A stretch of DNA of 32,000 nt. Origin: Phyllobacterium brassicacearum. GTDB taxonomy: Bacteria; Pseudomonadota; Alphaproteobacteria; Rhizobiales; Rhizobiaceae. The stretch spans positions 1 to 32,000 of the forward strand of contig NZ_PGGO01000033.1 in the NCBI RefSeq assembly GCF_003010955.1, in the 5' to 3' direction. A program made the translations under genes and the position numbers. Under the pieces are notes generated by a model that saw only the letters and a list, made by a program, of their open reading frames with translations, was not told the DNA's origin and made no database searches. Shown here piece by piece: positions 1 through 10,635 of the stretch (within the stretch, counting starts at the first letter, position 1; each line of letters begins with the position of its first letter).

Positions 1-31
1 CTATAGCCCGAAGAAGCTGGGTTTCTTCTGA
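1..31 (+). CDS. 3' end of an upstream gene, probably an NAD-dependent aldehyde dehydrogenase (partial, continues left of the window)
   Basis: Frame 2 reads YSPKKLGFF followed by TGA at 29-31. This tail resembles proteobacterial aldehyde dehydrogenase C-termini, and DUF779 genes (the next ORF) commonly follow such a gene. Only 9 codons are visible. Confidence 0.35.
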   Translation, partial: YSPKKLGFF

Positions 32-107
32 AGGCTCCTTGCCAGAACTGAACCGTCGGTAGCGCTTTCATAGTGCCGCCGACGACATTTCCGGGAGGGA
101 AACAAGG

Positions 108-577
108 ATGGAAGACAAAGTCAGTGCCACACCAGCGGCGCTTGAGCTGATCGCCACATTACAGTCGGAGTACGGGCCGATCCTTTTCCACCAGTCCGGC
201 GGTTGCTGTGACGGATCATCGCCAATGTGCTATGCGCAGGGCGATCTCATCATCGGCGATCAGGATGTTTGCCTTGGCGAAATCGGCGGTGCTCCGGTCT
301 ACATCAGCGCTTCGCAATACGACGTCTGGAGACATTCCGAGCTGATTGTCGATGTCGTGCCAGGACGCGGTGGCATGTTCATGCTCGATAATGGAAACGA
401 GGTTTCTGAAGCGGTCATTGGTCGGCATAATTGCCGACTAGCGGCCATACTTACCCGATTTGCTCATCTGTGTAACATCCCCATAGGTGGGGGCGTTCTA
501 GTTTCGCACCATGACCCTGTTCGTGGTTTGATTGTATGGATGACCTTGCCGAAACAACAGATTTCTGGAGGAAATTG

Positions 578-578
<1 letters not shown>
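108..578 (+). CDS. DUF779 family protein, with a probable frameshift near 399 (ancestral frame would stop at 439-441)
   Basis: The N-terminal 97 aa carry the family signature [15 protein letters not shown] ... VVPGRGGMF. After position 399 the annotated frame loses similarity, while the +1 frame reads [15 protein letters not shown] and carries the RFL(T/K)RS-type C-terminal motif. The 156-aa ORF is about 40 aa longer than I recall for the family. Confidence 0.6.
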
Positions 579-2527
<1,949 letters not shown>

Positions 2528-2583
2528 CGCATGGCGGCAGGTTCAGCAACGACCGTGGTCTAGGCGGATGAAACAGGCGATCG

Positions 2584-3222
2584 TTAGAACTCGATACCCT
2601 TTTGGGCTTTGATTCCCGAGCGGAATGGATGCTTGATCATCTCCATTTCTGTTACGATATCGGCGAACTCGATGAGCTCAGATTTTGCATTTCGACCCGT
2701 GATAATGACATGCTTCATATGCGGCTTTCGTCTCAACGCATCGATCACTTCCTCCACGGGCAAGTAGTCATAGCGCAGGGCGATGTTCAATTCGTCGCAC
2801 AGCACGACTTCGGTCACATCATCAAGAATCATCGCCTTGGCTTGCTCCCAGGCGTTGCGCGCCATGGCGATGTCACGCAGTCGGTCTTGAGTTTCCCACG
2901 TGAAGCCGTCGCCCATGGCTGATATCGTCACCCGATCTGAAAAAGTCTTCAGAAGCAGCCGCTCACCCGTATCCCATGATCCCTTCACGAACTGGACCAC
3001 GCCGACCTTCATGCCATGACCGAGCGCGCGGAACACCATGCCAAACCCGGCGGTGGATTTGCCCTTTCCCTTGCCCGTGTTGACGATCACGAGGCCTTTT
3101 TTGTCGGTCTTGGTCGCCAGGATTTTGTCGCGTACCACTTTCTTTTTACGCATCTTTTCGTTGTGACGCTCGATGACTTCTTCCTCTGTCATGTTTTGCA
3201 GTCGTCGCGATTTCACGGCCAT
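2584..3222 (-). CDS. cobO: Cob(I)yrinic acid a,c-diamide adenosyltransferase (CobO/BtuR type), 212 aa
   Basis: P-loop GKGKGKSTAGFG and DELNIALRYDYL motifs typical of CobA/CobO/BtuR. The ATG at 3222 has GGAAGGA 8 nt upstream. The track start at 3273 adds 17 unsupported residues. Confidence 0.85.
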   Translation of the reverse strand: MAVKSRRLQNMTEEEVIERHNEKMRKKKVVRDKILATKTDKKGLVIVNTGKGKGKSTAGFGMVFRALGHGMKVGVVQFVKGSWDTGERLLLKTFSDRVTISAMGDGFTWETQDRLRDIAMARNAWEQAKAMILDDVTEVVLCDELNIALRYDYLPVEEVIDALRRKPHMKHVIITGRNAKSELIEFADIVTEMEMIKHPFRSGIKAQKGIEF

Positions 3223-3287
3223 GCGGGGTTCCTTCCAAGGGGATTTATGGGCAGGGAGTCCGTTAACATCCACGCAGCAACAAGGGT

Positions 3288-3301
3288 TTGCGCTGGCGCA
3301 A
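3288..3301. promoter_or_regulatory. FNR/NnrR-type box TTGCG-CTGG-CGCAA (perfect palindromic half-sites)
   Basis: Read directly from the 113-nt divergent cobO/ubiD intergenic region. The centre is 72 nt from the cobO ATG and 41.5 nt from the ubiD-like ATG. Confidence 0.6.
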
Positions 3302-3335
3302 AGACGTACTGATTTTATTGCGGCAAACAGCTTCG

Positions 3336-4847
3336 ATGAAACACTCCGTACCTCCAGCGTCCCGCTACGCCAGCCTTCAGGAATTCGCCAACGAACTGGA
3401 AAGGCGAGGACGTTTGAAGCGGATCGCGCATCCCGTTTTTTTGCAGCACGAGATCACGGAAATTCATCGGCGGGTAATGGAGGCAGAAGGTCCAGCACTA
3501 CTTTTCGAAAGGCCGATGGATAACAGTGGGAGGGTGCATGATATGCCGCTTCTCGCCAACGTTTTCGGCACGAAGGAGAGAATCGAATGGGGTTTCGGAC
3601 TCGAGTCCGGAGGCTTGCCAAATCTGGCGGAAACGCTATGCAACTTGCGTGATCCCCAGCCGCCAAAAAACGGAAAAGACGTCTGGGACAAACTTCCATT
3701 GCTGAAAGCGGCGCTTGCCATGCGCCCGAAGCAGGTTCGTCGTGCTCCTTGTCAGGAGATCGTCTGGCGCGGCGCAGACGCGGACCTGACACGCCTCCCG
3801 ATTCAAGGGTGCTGGCCCGGCGAACCGGCTCCTCTCATCACGTGGCCACTAGTGATCACGCGGTCGCCCGAAGACCCCAATGACGTCAATGTTGGGATTT
3901 ACCGTATGCAGGTACTGGGGCCGCAGCAGCTCATCATGCGTTGGCTCGCCCATCGAGGAGGCGCAAGACACCATCTCATGTGGCAACGGCTTGGGAAAGA
4001 CATGCCTGTTGCCGTCGTCATCGGGAGCGATCCTGCGACGTTGCTGGCGGCGGTCATGCCGCTGCCGGAGGGCATGAGCGAACTCAACTTCGCCGGCGTG
4101 CTGAGGGGCAAACGATCTGAAATCACCGAGGCAGTTTCAGTGCCCATGCACGTTCCGGCCAATGCCGAAATCGTGCTTGAAGGGCATGTATCGGCAACAA
4201 AGACAGCCGAGGAGGGGCCTTACGGTGACCACACGGGTTACTACAATTCAGTGGAGGCGTTTCCGGTGATGGCGCTTTCTGCCATCAGCAAGCGGCGCGA
4301 TGCCATCTACCTGTCGACATATACCGGACGCCCTCCCGACGAGCCCTCCAAGCTGGGCGAGGCGATGAACGAATTGTTTGTGCCCCTCGTCAAACGTCAG
4401 CTTCCGGAGATCGCGGACTTGTGGCTGCCCTCGGAGGCGTGTTCCTACCGGGCTATGGTCGTTTCAATCGACAAGCGCTATCCCGGACAAGCCCGCCGCA
4501 TCATGATGGCGTTATGGTCGCTGCTGCCGCAGTTCACATACACGAAACTTATCATCGCCGTGGATCCGGACATCAATGTCCGAAGCTGGCCGGACGTCGT
4601 GTGGGCGCTATCCACCCGTTTTGACGCTAGCCGCGACCTTATGGTGGTTTCGGACACGCCGATCGATTACCTGGATTTCGCATCACCGAAAGCAGGGCTT
4701 GGTGGCAAGTTGGGCCTTGATGCCACAACGAAGATAGGACCTGAAACGGAGAGGGAGTGGGGCAAGGTTCTTGGGATGTCTCCCGAGATTACCGATCGGG
4801 TCGACGCCATGTGGGCAGAGCTCGGGCTTGGAGGAGAAAGCCAATGA
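3336..4847 (+). CDS. UbiD-family (prenyl-FMN dependent) decarboxylase, 503 aa
   Basis: The N-terminus LQEFANELERRGRLKRI...EITEIHRRV...GPALLFERP and the central EGPYGDHTGYY are characteristic of UbiD. The ATG at 3336 is used because the track start at 3288 is a TTG lying inside the regulatory box. Confidence 0.85.
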   Translation: MKHSVPPASRYASLQEFANELERRGRLKRIAHPVFLQHEITEIHRRVMEAEGPALLFERPMDNSGRVHDMPLLANVFGTKERIEWGFGLESGGLPNLAETLCNLRDPQPPKNGKDVWDKLPLLKAALAMRPKQVRRAPCQEIVWRGADADLTRLPIQGCWPGEPAPLITWPLVITRSPEDPNDVNVGIYRMQVLGPQQLIMRWLAHRGGARHHLMWQRLGKDMPVAVVIGSDPATLLAAVMPLPEGMSELNFAGVLRGKRSEITEAVSVPMHVPANAEIVLEGHVSATKTAEEGPYGDHTGYYNSVEAFPVMALSAISKRRDAIYLSTYTGRPPDEPSKLGEAMNELFVPLVKRQLPEIADLWLPSEACSYRAMVVSIDKRYPGQARRIMMALWSLLPQFTYTKLIIAVDPDINVRSWPDVVWALSTRFDASRDLMVVSDTPIDYLDFASPKAGLGGKLGLDATTKIGPETEREWGKVLGMSPEITDRVDAMWAELGLGGESQ

Positions 4848-5422
4848 CACCTCATCATGTTGTGGTCGCGGCCACAGGAGCTTCTGGTGCTGCAATACCA
4901 TTGAGAATCTTGGAACGCCTCGCCACGACCACTGCGGTAGAGACACATCTGGTTGTTTCCGACGCTGCACGGCGGACGTTTCAGTACGAGGTTGGGCAGG
5001 ATGCGGTTGAGCGGGCCGTTTCTTTGGCGTCACGCAGTTACCTGATCAGTGACGTCGGCGCAGCTATCGCAAGCGGCTCATTTCCGACCTCTGGCATGAT
5101 TGTCGCCCCGTGCTCGATGCGGACGTTGGCAGGGATCGCCGCGGGCCTGTCGGACAATCTGATTACGCGAGCGGCAGATGTTCACCTCAAGGAGCGCCGT
5201 CGATTGGTCCTCATGACGCGGGAAACACCCTTACACCTCGGTCATCTGCGTAATATGTGTGCTGTCACCGAAATGGGTGCCGTCATTATGCCGCCCGTAC
5301 CCGCCTTCTACAATTTGCCGCAAACGGTGGCGGAGATTGTTGACCATTTTGCTGCACGGGCGATCGATCTGTTGAACCTTCCCATCGCGCGCCAATCCGC
5401 TGTCTGGCACGGTCAGTTGTGA
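4844..5422 (+). CDS. ubiX: UbiX-type flavin prenyltransferase, 192 aa
   Basis: VVAATGASGA Rossmann-like start, APCSMRTLAGIA, and LKERRRLVLMTRETPL motifs. The ATG at 4844 overlaps the ubiD-like stop (ATGA). Confidence 0.9.
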   Translation: MTPHHVVVAATGASGAAIPLRILERLATTTAVETHLVVSDAARRTFQYEVGQDAVERAVSLASRSYLISDVGAAIASGSFPTSGMIVAPCSMRTLAGIAAGLSDNLITRAADVHLKERRRLVLMTRETPLHLGHLRNMCAVTEMGAVIMPPVPAFYNLPQTVAEIVDHFAARAIDLLNLPIARQSAVWHGQL

Positions 5423-5426
5423 TTGA

Positions 5427-6116
5427 TCACGTGCCCGGCAAGGCCAACGCGAGAGGTTCCGCGACGAAGAGCAACGTGTGACCCCCGGCAAGGAGCCAGT
5501 ATGTTAGTACGCCAGTCAAAATCAAAGCAGATGCCATTGGCGCATCGACTGACAATCTTGCTCGTCCATCAATGATCGCTCTGAAAGGCACTATTGAAGT
5601 TGTTCCGGCAATCCGGTCCCAGTCGTCGCCCAGACGCCTGCGAGCCCTTTTTTCCACGATGAGAAAGCCAGCTACGCAAAACAGCGCCAGACCAGCAAAA
5701 AGAAGGACCCCGCCCAAGTCGCCGTTGGGGACAAGGTGCGCTGTCGCCCAGATCAGAAAACCCCAAAGGACGGGGTGACGGGTGATGGCGACGATCGAGC
5801 CGCTATGGAATCCTTGCCGGATGGAAAGTGACAGCGGATTGACCGACGAGAGTCCAGCGAGGACGAAGAAAATTCCGATGGGTGCAGCAACCATTGTTGC
5901 CCAGGCCTGCCACGGTGCAGGGTCCCACAGAGGCACATAGTCAAGGTAGAGCGTCGCATGAATCAGCCAGCCAAGCACTAGCAGGGAAACGACCGAATAG
6001 GCGATGAAATATGAGCGCCTGCCGAACCTGTCGATCAATCCCTGACGTATCGGGGCGATCGCTGGAATAGAGTGGAGAATTAGAAACGCTCCAAACGCTA
6101 TCAGAAATTCTTTCAT
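5427..6116 (-). CDS. nnrU: NnrU family membrane protein, 229 aa
   Basis: Polytopic membrane protein with an ITRHPVLWGF motif and the overall NnrU pattern. It lies in a denitrification context and has an FNR-type box 68 nt upstream of the ATG. Confidence 0.8.
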   Translation of the reverse strand: MKEFLIAFGAFLILHSIPAIAPIRQGLIDRFGRRSYFIAYSVVSLLVLGWLIHATLYLDYVPLWDPAPWQAWATMVAAPIGIFFVLAGLSSVNPLSLSIRQGFHSGSIVAITRHPVLWGFLIWATAHLVPNGDLGGVLLFAGLALFCVAGFLIVEKRARRRLGDDWDRIAGTTSIVPFRAIIDGRARLSVDAPMASALILTGVLTYWLLAGGHTLLFVAEPLALALPGT

Positions 6117-6177
6117 CTAAAGGGAGTCCGCGGTTGTTGACGTTGTGTTGTCTTCCCGCGTTTTTCGTGTCTGTTCC

Positions 6178-6191
6178 TTGAGACAAATCAA
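6178..6191. promoter_or_regulatory. FNR/NnrR-type box TTGAG-ACAA-ATCAA upstream of nnrU
   Basis: TTG-N8-CAA with 9/10 half-site matches. The centre is 68 nt upstream of the nnrU ATG, so class II geometry would give a leader of about 27 nt. Confidence 0.55.
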
Positions 6192-6279
6192 TAATGACAT
6201 TTTTTATTGCGCGTGGCGCAAGGCGATACGGGCATTTTGGTCCGCGCACACTGGTTCGAGACATTTTCACATCAATGCT

Positions 6280-6444
6280 TCAATCGAGATAAGATTCGGA
6301 AGGCCTGTCATCGTCATAGAGAATGCGCTCGGACGCGCCGTCCAAATCCTCGTATTGCCCGTTTTTGAGAGACCAAAGGAACAGCAGCAGACCTGCCAGA
6401 CCGAGCGCTAACGAAATAGGGATCAGGTAGAAGAAGTCTTTCAT
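6280..6444 (-). CDS. ccoS: cbb3 oxidase maturation protein FixS/CcoS, 54 aa (not in the ORF track)
   Basis: My own translation is MKDFFYLIPISLALGLAGLLLFLWSLKNGQYEDLDGASERILYDDDRPSESYLD*, a typical CcoS. Its ATG overlaps the fixI stop (ATGA at 6441-6444). Confidence 0.85.
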   Translation of the reverse strand: MKDFFYLIPISLALGLAGLLLFLWSLKNGQYEDLDGASERILYDDDRPSESYLD

Positions 6445-8702
6445 TCTGCCAATCGCCCCGACTGTATCTTTAGGCCCAAAGGCTTTGTCTTTCCCTGCAT
6501 TGGCTCACCCCTGAGCCTCAGCGCGTTGGCTACAACGACTATGGATGACAGTGACATCGCCAGCGCCGCGACAAAGGGAGTTGCATGACCAAGGATCGCG
6601 ACCGGAAGCGCCACGACGTTGTACCCGATGGCGATGACGAAGTTCTGCCGGATCAACTTGCCGGCATCCCGGGAAACCCGGTAGGCGAGAAACACCGTGT
6701 CGAGACTGTCTTGTAGAAAGACGAAGTCGGCATTGTTGCGGCCGACATCAGCAGCGCTGGCGGGGGCCATCGAAACGTGCGCAGCCATGAGAGCGGGCGC
6801 GTCGTTCAAGCCGTCACCAACCATCAGGACCTTGCGGCCCTGGTCGGACAGCACTTTGATGCGCTCAAGTTTGCCACCGGGAAGGATGCAGGCAGTGTAC
6901 TCGGAAATGCCGAGTTCGAGGGCGATTTCCCTCACGGCAGATACGCTGTCCCCCGAAACAATCTCCATAGAAATTCCGGCGCTGCGCAGTTTGTCAACGA
7001 GCGCTCTCGCCCCGGGGCGCAACTTGTCCGAAAATGCGAAGACGGCAACCTGGCGTCCGTCGCATGCAAGAACGGTGTCCGGTGATGGGTTTTCCGTCCC
7101 GCACGCGAACAGTGCGCGTCCCAGTCGATAAACCTTGCCTTGGGAAATGCCCTCCAGGCCGAGGCCGGGGTACTCTTTTACGTCGTCGAAGCGATACGAG
7201 TTTCCGGCACTTGTCCTTGCGGCTGCTGATATAGCCTGGGCATTCGGATGTCGGGAGTGCGATGCAAGTCCGGTGGCGATGGAAAGCGCATCCCGGTCGA
7301 TCAGATCAATATTGGTGACTTGCAACTGTCCCAGTGTGAGCGTGCCGGTCTTGTCGAAGACAACGGTGTCGATCTCGTTGAGCCGCTCCATGGCCGATCC
7401 ATCCTTGACCATAATCCGGCTTTCGAACAGACGGCGCGCGGCCACGACCTGCACCATCGGGACTGCGAGCCCGAGCGCACAGGGGCAGGTGATGATCAAA
7501 ACGGCAATGGCAATGGTTGCTGCCTGGTGAAAGTCCCCTTGCACGATCATCCAGCCGAGGAAGCTCAGCAGCGATGTCAGATGCACCGCCGGCGCGTAAA
7601 GACGGGATGCACGGTCGGCGATGCGTCGATAAACCGATTTGCCGGATTCGGCTGCTTCCATCAGCCGGATCGTTTCGGCGAGAAACGAGTCTTCGGCATT
7701 CGCTGTGGCGACGGAGGTCAACGATCCAGTGATATTGAGTGTCCCTGCCTGGAGGGCTACTCCCGATTCAACTTTGCGCGGGGCGCTTTCGCCTGTTACT
7801 AGCGAGAAATCGACGTCGGAAATCCCCTTGATGACCTCGCAGTCGACCGGAACGCGTTCGCCGGCGGTAAGCAGCAGGCGAGTCCCTGGCTTGATCTCTT
7901 TTAACGGTAGGTATTCGTATTCGCCGTCGGCTTTGATCGTCATCGCGCCGCGCGACGAAAGTTGCGCAAGGCCCTTGATCGCCGTCCGCGTGCGCTCCCG
8001 CATGACGTAGTCCAGCGTCCGTCCTATCAGAAGGAAAAACACCAGCGATGTGGCAGCATCGAAGTAGGCGTATTCGTAGCCGTGGTAACTGTCGTAGACG
8101 CTGAGGGCGAATGCCGCGGCGATGCCGATTGAAATTGGCACGTCCATGTTGGTTTGTCCGTGCTTGAGGGCACGCCACGCCGACTGATAAAATACGCGTC
8201 CGGAGTAGAGAAGCGTGGGGAGGGCAATGCCAGCGCAAATCCAGTGAAGGATGTCCCGCGTTGATCCTTCCGCGCCCGACCAGACCGAAACAGACAATGA
8301 CATTATGTTCATCGAGCCAAATGCGGCGACCGCCAGCGCCCTGAGCATCCTCGAAAGTTCACCGTTCGGTTTCGCTTCCTCGGTCGGGTCGAAGAGATGC
8401 CCATCAAAGCCGAGCTCTTTTAGAGCACCAATCGCGTCGGGAGGAGTTCCTCGGCCGGACCAACGCAATGCCAATCTTTTGCTCGAAAGATTGACCCGCA
8501 CGTATTGCACGCCCTCAAGCTTTGCCAGTCCGCGCTCAATTTTGTTGACGCAGCCGCCACAGTGGATCGAAGGCACCGAGATTTCCGTCTGCAAGATGCC
8601 GTCGCCTATGCTGCGGCTTGCCAGCCGGAATTCATCGGCCAGCGGACTTGAGGCCTGAACGGTATCGGTGGATACAATCATCGTTGCAGACGTGCAGGTC
8701 AT
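6441..8702 (-). CDS. ccoI: Copper-translocating P1B-type ATPase FixI/CcoI, 753 aa
   Basis: N-terminal HMA motif CGGC, TM CPC (ITCPCALG), DKTGTLT phosphorylation site and GDGLNDAP hinge. It lies between cbb3 genes and ccoS. Confidence 0.92.
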   Translation of the reverse strand: MTCTSATMIVSTDTVQASSPLADEFRLASRSIGDGILQTEISVPSIHCGGCVNKIERGLAKLEGVQYVRVNLSSKRLALRWSGRGTPPDAIGALKELGFDGHLFDPTEEAKPNGELSRMLRALAVAAFGSMNIMSLSVSVWSGAEGSTRDILHWICAGIALPTLLYSGRVFYQSAWRALKHGQTNMDVPISIGIAAAFALSVYDSYHGYEYAYFDAATSLVFFLLIGRTLDYVMRERTRTAIKGLAQLSSRGAMTIKADGEYEYLPLKEIKPGTRLLLTAGERVPVDCEVIKGISDVDFSLVTGESAPRKVESGVALQAGTLNITGSLTSVATANAEDSFLAETIRLMEAAESGKSVYRRIADRASRLYAPAVHLTSLLSFLGWMIVQGDFHQAATIAIAVLIITCPCALGLAVPMVQVVAARRLFESRIMVKDGSAMERLNEIDTVVFDKTGTLTLGQLQVTNIDLIDRDALSIATGLASHSRHPNAQAISAAARTSAGNSYRFDDVKEYPGLGLEGISQGKVYRLGRALFACGTENPSPDTVLACDGRQVAVFAFSDKLRPGARALVDKLRSAGISMEIVSGDSVSAVREIALELGISEYTACILPGGKLERIKVLSDQGRKVLMVGDGLNDAPALMAAHVSMAPASAADVGRNNADFVFLQDSLDTVFLAYRVSRDAGKLIRQNFVIAIGYNVVALPVAILGHATPFVAALAMSLSSIVVVANALRLRGEPMQGKTKPLGLKIQSGRLAE

Positions 8703-8706
8703 GTCG

Positions 8707-9495
8707 TTAATCCGGATCTCGCATGGTCAGGTAAGCATGCCAGGTGGCATGACCGAGCAGCGGGAAAATGATGACGAAGCCGATCATCCCCGAAAGCAAG
8801 GCCATGATGGTAAGACTGAGGACGATCACCCCCCACATCAGCATGACTGGCAGATTGTTCCAGACAATGGAGATGCTGGTTCCCATGGCGGTGAACGCGT
8901 CGAACTTCTTGTCCAGCACCATGGGGATCGAGAAGACGCTGATGGCAAAGGCGAAGGCCGCGAAAATCCCCCCGATTGCCACTCCGACCACAAGCATCGC
9001 TACCCCGATCGGCGTGCCGAACAGCATGGGGAGGATATGATCCATGCCCGGGAACGGCCGCCATCCAAAAAACAGCGCGTAGAGGAGCACTGCAGCCCGC
9101 ATCCACAGGAGCATCAGGCCCAACAGGACGGCCCCGACGAAAAGCACATGTTGGCTGGTACCGCGTTCCGGTATGAGCATTGACGCCAAGGTGACAGGCA
9201 AGCCTTTGGTCAATCGCTGGCTTTTGACGTAGAGGCCGGTTGCGAGCGCCGGGCCGACGACCAGAAAGCCGGCAAGTGCCGGGAAGAAGGCAAAATCCAG
9301 TGAATAGAACAGCAATCCGGCCGCGATCGCCATAGAGATTAAAGCAACTCCCGTGCCGTAGACCAGGCTGGGGAAGGGTACGGTCCACAGATCCCTCCAG
9401 CCTTCGACAAACCAGCCAAATGCCTGGTCCGCGGACACATGTCTGTTTCGGTCGATTGCCTTCGGAAGAGGCGGAACGGTCTCTGGAATTTTCAT
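8707..9495 (-). CDS. DUF2189-type integral membrane protein, 262 aa
   Basis: The N-terminal FGWFVEGWRDLW...SLVYG followed by 5-6 TM segments matches my recollection of DUF2189/COG5473. The ATG at 9495 has GGGAAAGG upstream. The stop is 4 nt before the fixI start. Confidence 0.7.
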   Translation of the reverse strand: MKIPETVPPLPKAIDRNRHVSADQAFGWFVEGWRDLWTVPFPSLVYGTGVALISMAIAAGLLFYSLDFAFFPALAGFLVVGPALATGLYVKSQRLTKGLPVTLASMLIPERGTSQHVLFVGAVLLGLMLLWMRAAVLLYALFFGWRPFPGMDHILPMLFGTPIGVAMLVVGVAIGGIFAAFAFAISVFSIPMVLDKKFDAFTAMGTSISIVWNNLPVMLMWGVIVLSLTIMALLSGMIGFVIIFPLLGHATWHAYLTMRDPD

Positions 9496-9541
9496 GGGAT
9501 GCCTTTCCCTATCTGGGCTGAAGAACCGAAACGCGCTTCTT

Positions 9542-9730
9542 TCAACATGAGGAGTTCGCCGCGCGATATGTCCCGGGCTGATGGCTCGCATCTTTCATGT
9601 GTCCGACGCAATCCGGCTGCGAGAGAAATGCCACATACACCAGGTGGGCGTTGGCGAGGACAACCACCGCCGCTGCCGACGCCACCACCAACGCCACAAG
9701 GAACCTTGGCCTGGAAATCAATTCACTCAT
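9542..9730 (-). CDS. 62-aa single-TM protein with a Cys/His-rich C-terminal tail (unknown family)
   Basis: The ATG overlaps the ccoP stop (ATGA at 9727-9730) and a perfect AGGAGG sits 6 nt upstream. One N-terminal TM helix is followed by QPDCVGHMKDASHQPGTYRAANSSC. Confidence 0.65.
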   Translation of the reverse strand: MSELISRPRFLVALVVASAAAVVVLANAHLVYVAFLSQPDCVGHMKDASHQPGTYRAANSSC

Positions 9731-10635
9731 GATCCGCCTCCTGCCGCCGCTGTCGTGCCGCCCTCTTTTCTCAGATCAAGAACATAGAGCGTGATGATCT
9801 TGATGTCGGCGGGTGTGAGCCGCGCACCCCAGCTCGGCATATGGCCTTGACGGCCGTGGAAGATGCTCTCGTAAATATCCTTCCGCTCCCCACCGTAGAT
9901 CCAGTAGTCGTCGGTGAGATTCGGAGCGCCGACCTCGACCAGCCCCTTGGCGTCGTCGCCGTGACAGGCTACGCACGTTGTAGCGAAGAGTTCTTTGCCC
10001 TTCGCAACATCTTCTTTGTTTGTGTCGGTGACCGTGGCCGGTCCGGACAGTGATTTGACGAAGCCGGCCAGAAGCGAAACCTGATCCTGCGTCAACGTCC
10101 CGTCACGGCCAAAGGCAAGCATTTGCGATACGCGGGTGTTCGGATCGGTGCCGTTGATGCCCGCCGTCACAGTTTGTAGGACGGTCTCCGGATCGTTGCC
10201 CCAAAGCATCGGCGACTGAACAATATTGGGAAAGCCCTTGTTGCCCTTTGCGTTGGCTCCGTGACAGGCCGCGCAATTGTCCCCGAAAAGCGTGAGACCG
10301 TTTTCACGGACCGTGCGCATCAAGTCAGGATCCGACTGGATCTGCGTCAGATCTTCCTTTTCGATACGGGCCATCCAGCCTGCACGCTCTCGCGCAGCGT
10401 CGGCAACGGACTTGGCGACGACCTCCTTTTGATCGACACCGAGCAGGCCTTTGAAGTATCCTGATCCGTATGGCCAGCTCGGCATGAGCAATGTCCAGGC
10501 CAAGGCGAAAATCCCCAGCGTGATCAGGAAGAAATAGACGGGCTTGGGAACTGGCGTGTTGAGCTCCTTGATGCCGTTCCATTCATGCCCCGTCGTTTGG
10601 TGACCAGTGAAAGGATCGCGCTCGCCTACTGACAT
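9727..10635 (-). CDS. ccoP: cbb3-type cytochrome c oxidase subunit P (dihaem c), 302 aa
   Basis: N-terminal HEWNGIKELN motif, one TM, and two CxxCH sites (CAACH, CVACH). Confidence 0.93.
   Translation of the reverse strand: MSVGERDPFTGHQTTGHEWNGIKELNTPVPKPVYFFLITLGIFALAWTLLMPSWPYGSGYFKGLLGVDQKEVVAKSVADAARERAGWMARIEKEDLTQIQSDPDLMRTVRENGLTLFGDNCAACHGANAKGNKGFPNIVQSPMLWGNDPETVLQTVTAGINGTDPNTRVSQMLAFGRDGTLTQDQVSLLAGFVKSLSGPATVTDTNKEDVAKGKELFATTCVACHGDDAKGLVEVGAPNLTDDYWIYGGERKDIYESIFHGRQGHMPSWGARLTPADIKIITLYVLDLRKEGGTTAAAGGGS

Noticed and set aside
3288-3335. N-terminal extensions in the ORF track: ubiD-like from 3288, acs from 536, cobO to 3273, norB from 14942, hemN to 20759, DUF2189 to 9591, nirV from 26910, and the tandem DUF2249 from 22363.
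   Set aside because: The extensions start at non-ATG codons or lie inside upstream genes or regulatory boxes. They add non-conserved residues, and better ATG plus SD combinations exist downstream at positions matching family N-termini.
3223-3335. Possible cobalamin riboswitch in front of cobO.
   Set aside because: The intergenic region is only 113 nt and is largely occupied by the box and promoter space. That is too short for a B12 element, and I could not see a B12-box-like core.
6207-6221. TTGCGCGTGGCGCAA upstream of nnrU, which at first looked like an NnrR box.
   Set aside because: The spacing is TTG-N9-CAA, one nt too long for the FNR-family consensus. The correctly spaced TTGAGACAAATCAA at 6178-6191 is better placed for nnrU.
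6145-6411. 88-aa plus-strand ORF in the nnrU-fixI gap.
   Set aside because: It is antisense to a convincing 54-aa fixS/ccoS on the minus strand (6280-6444), which overlaps the fixI stop codon.
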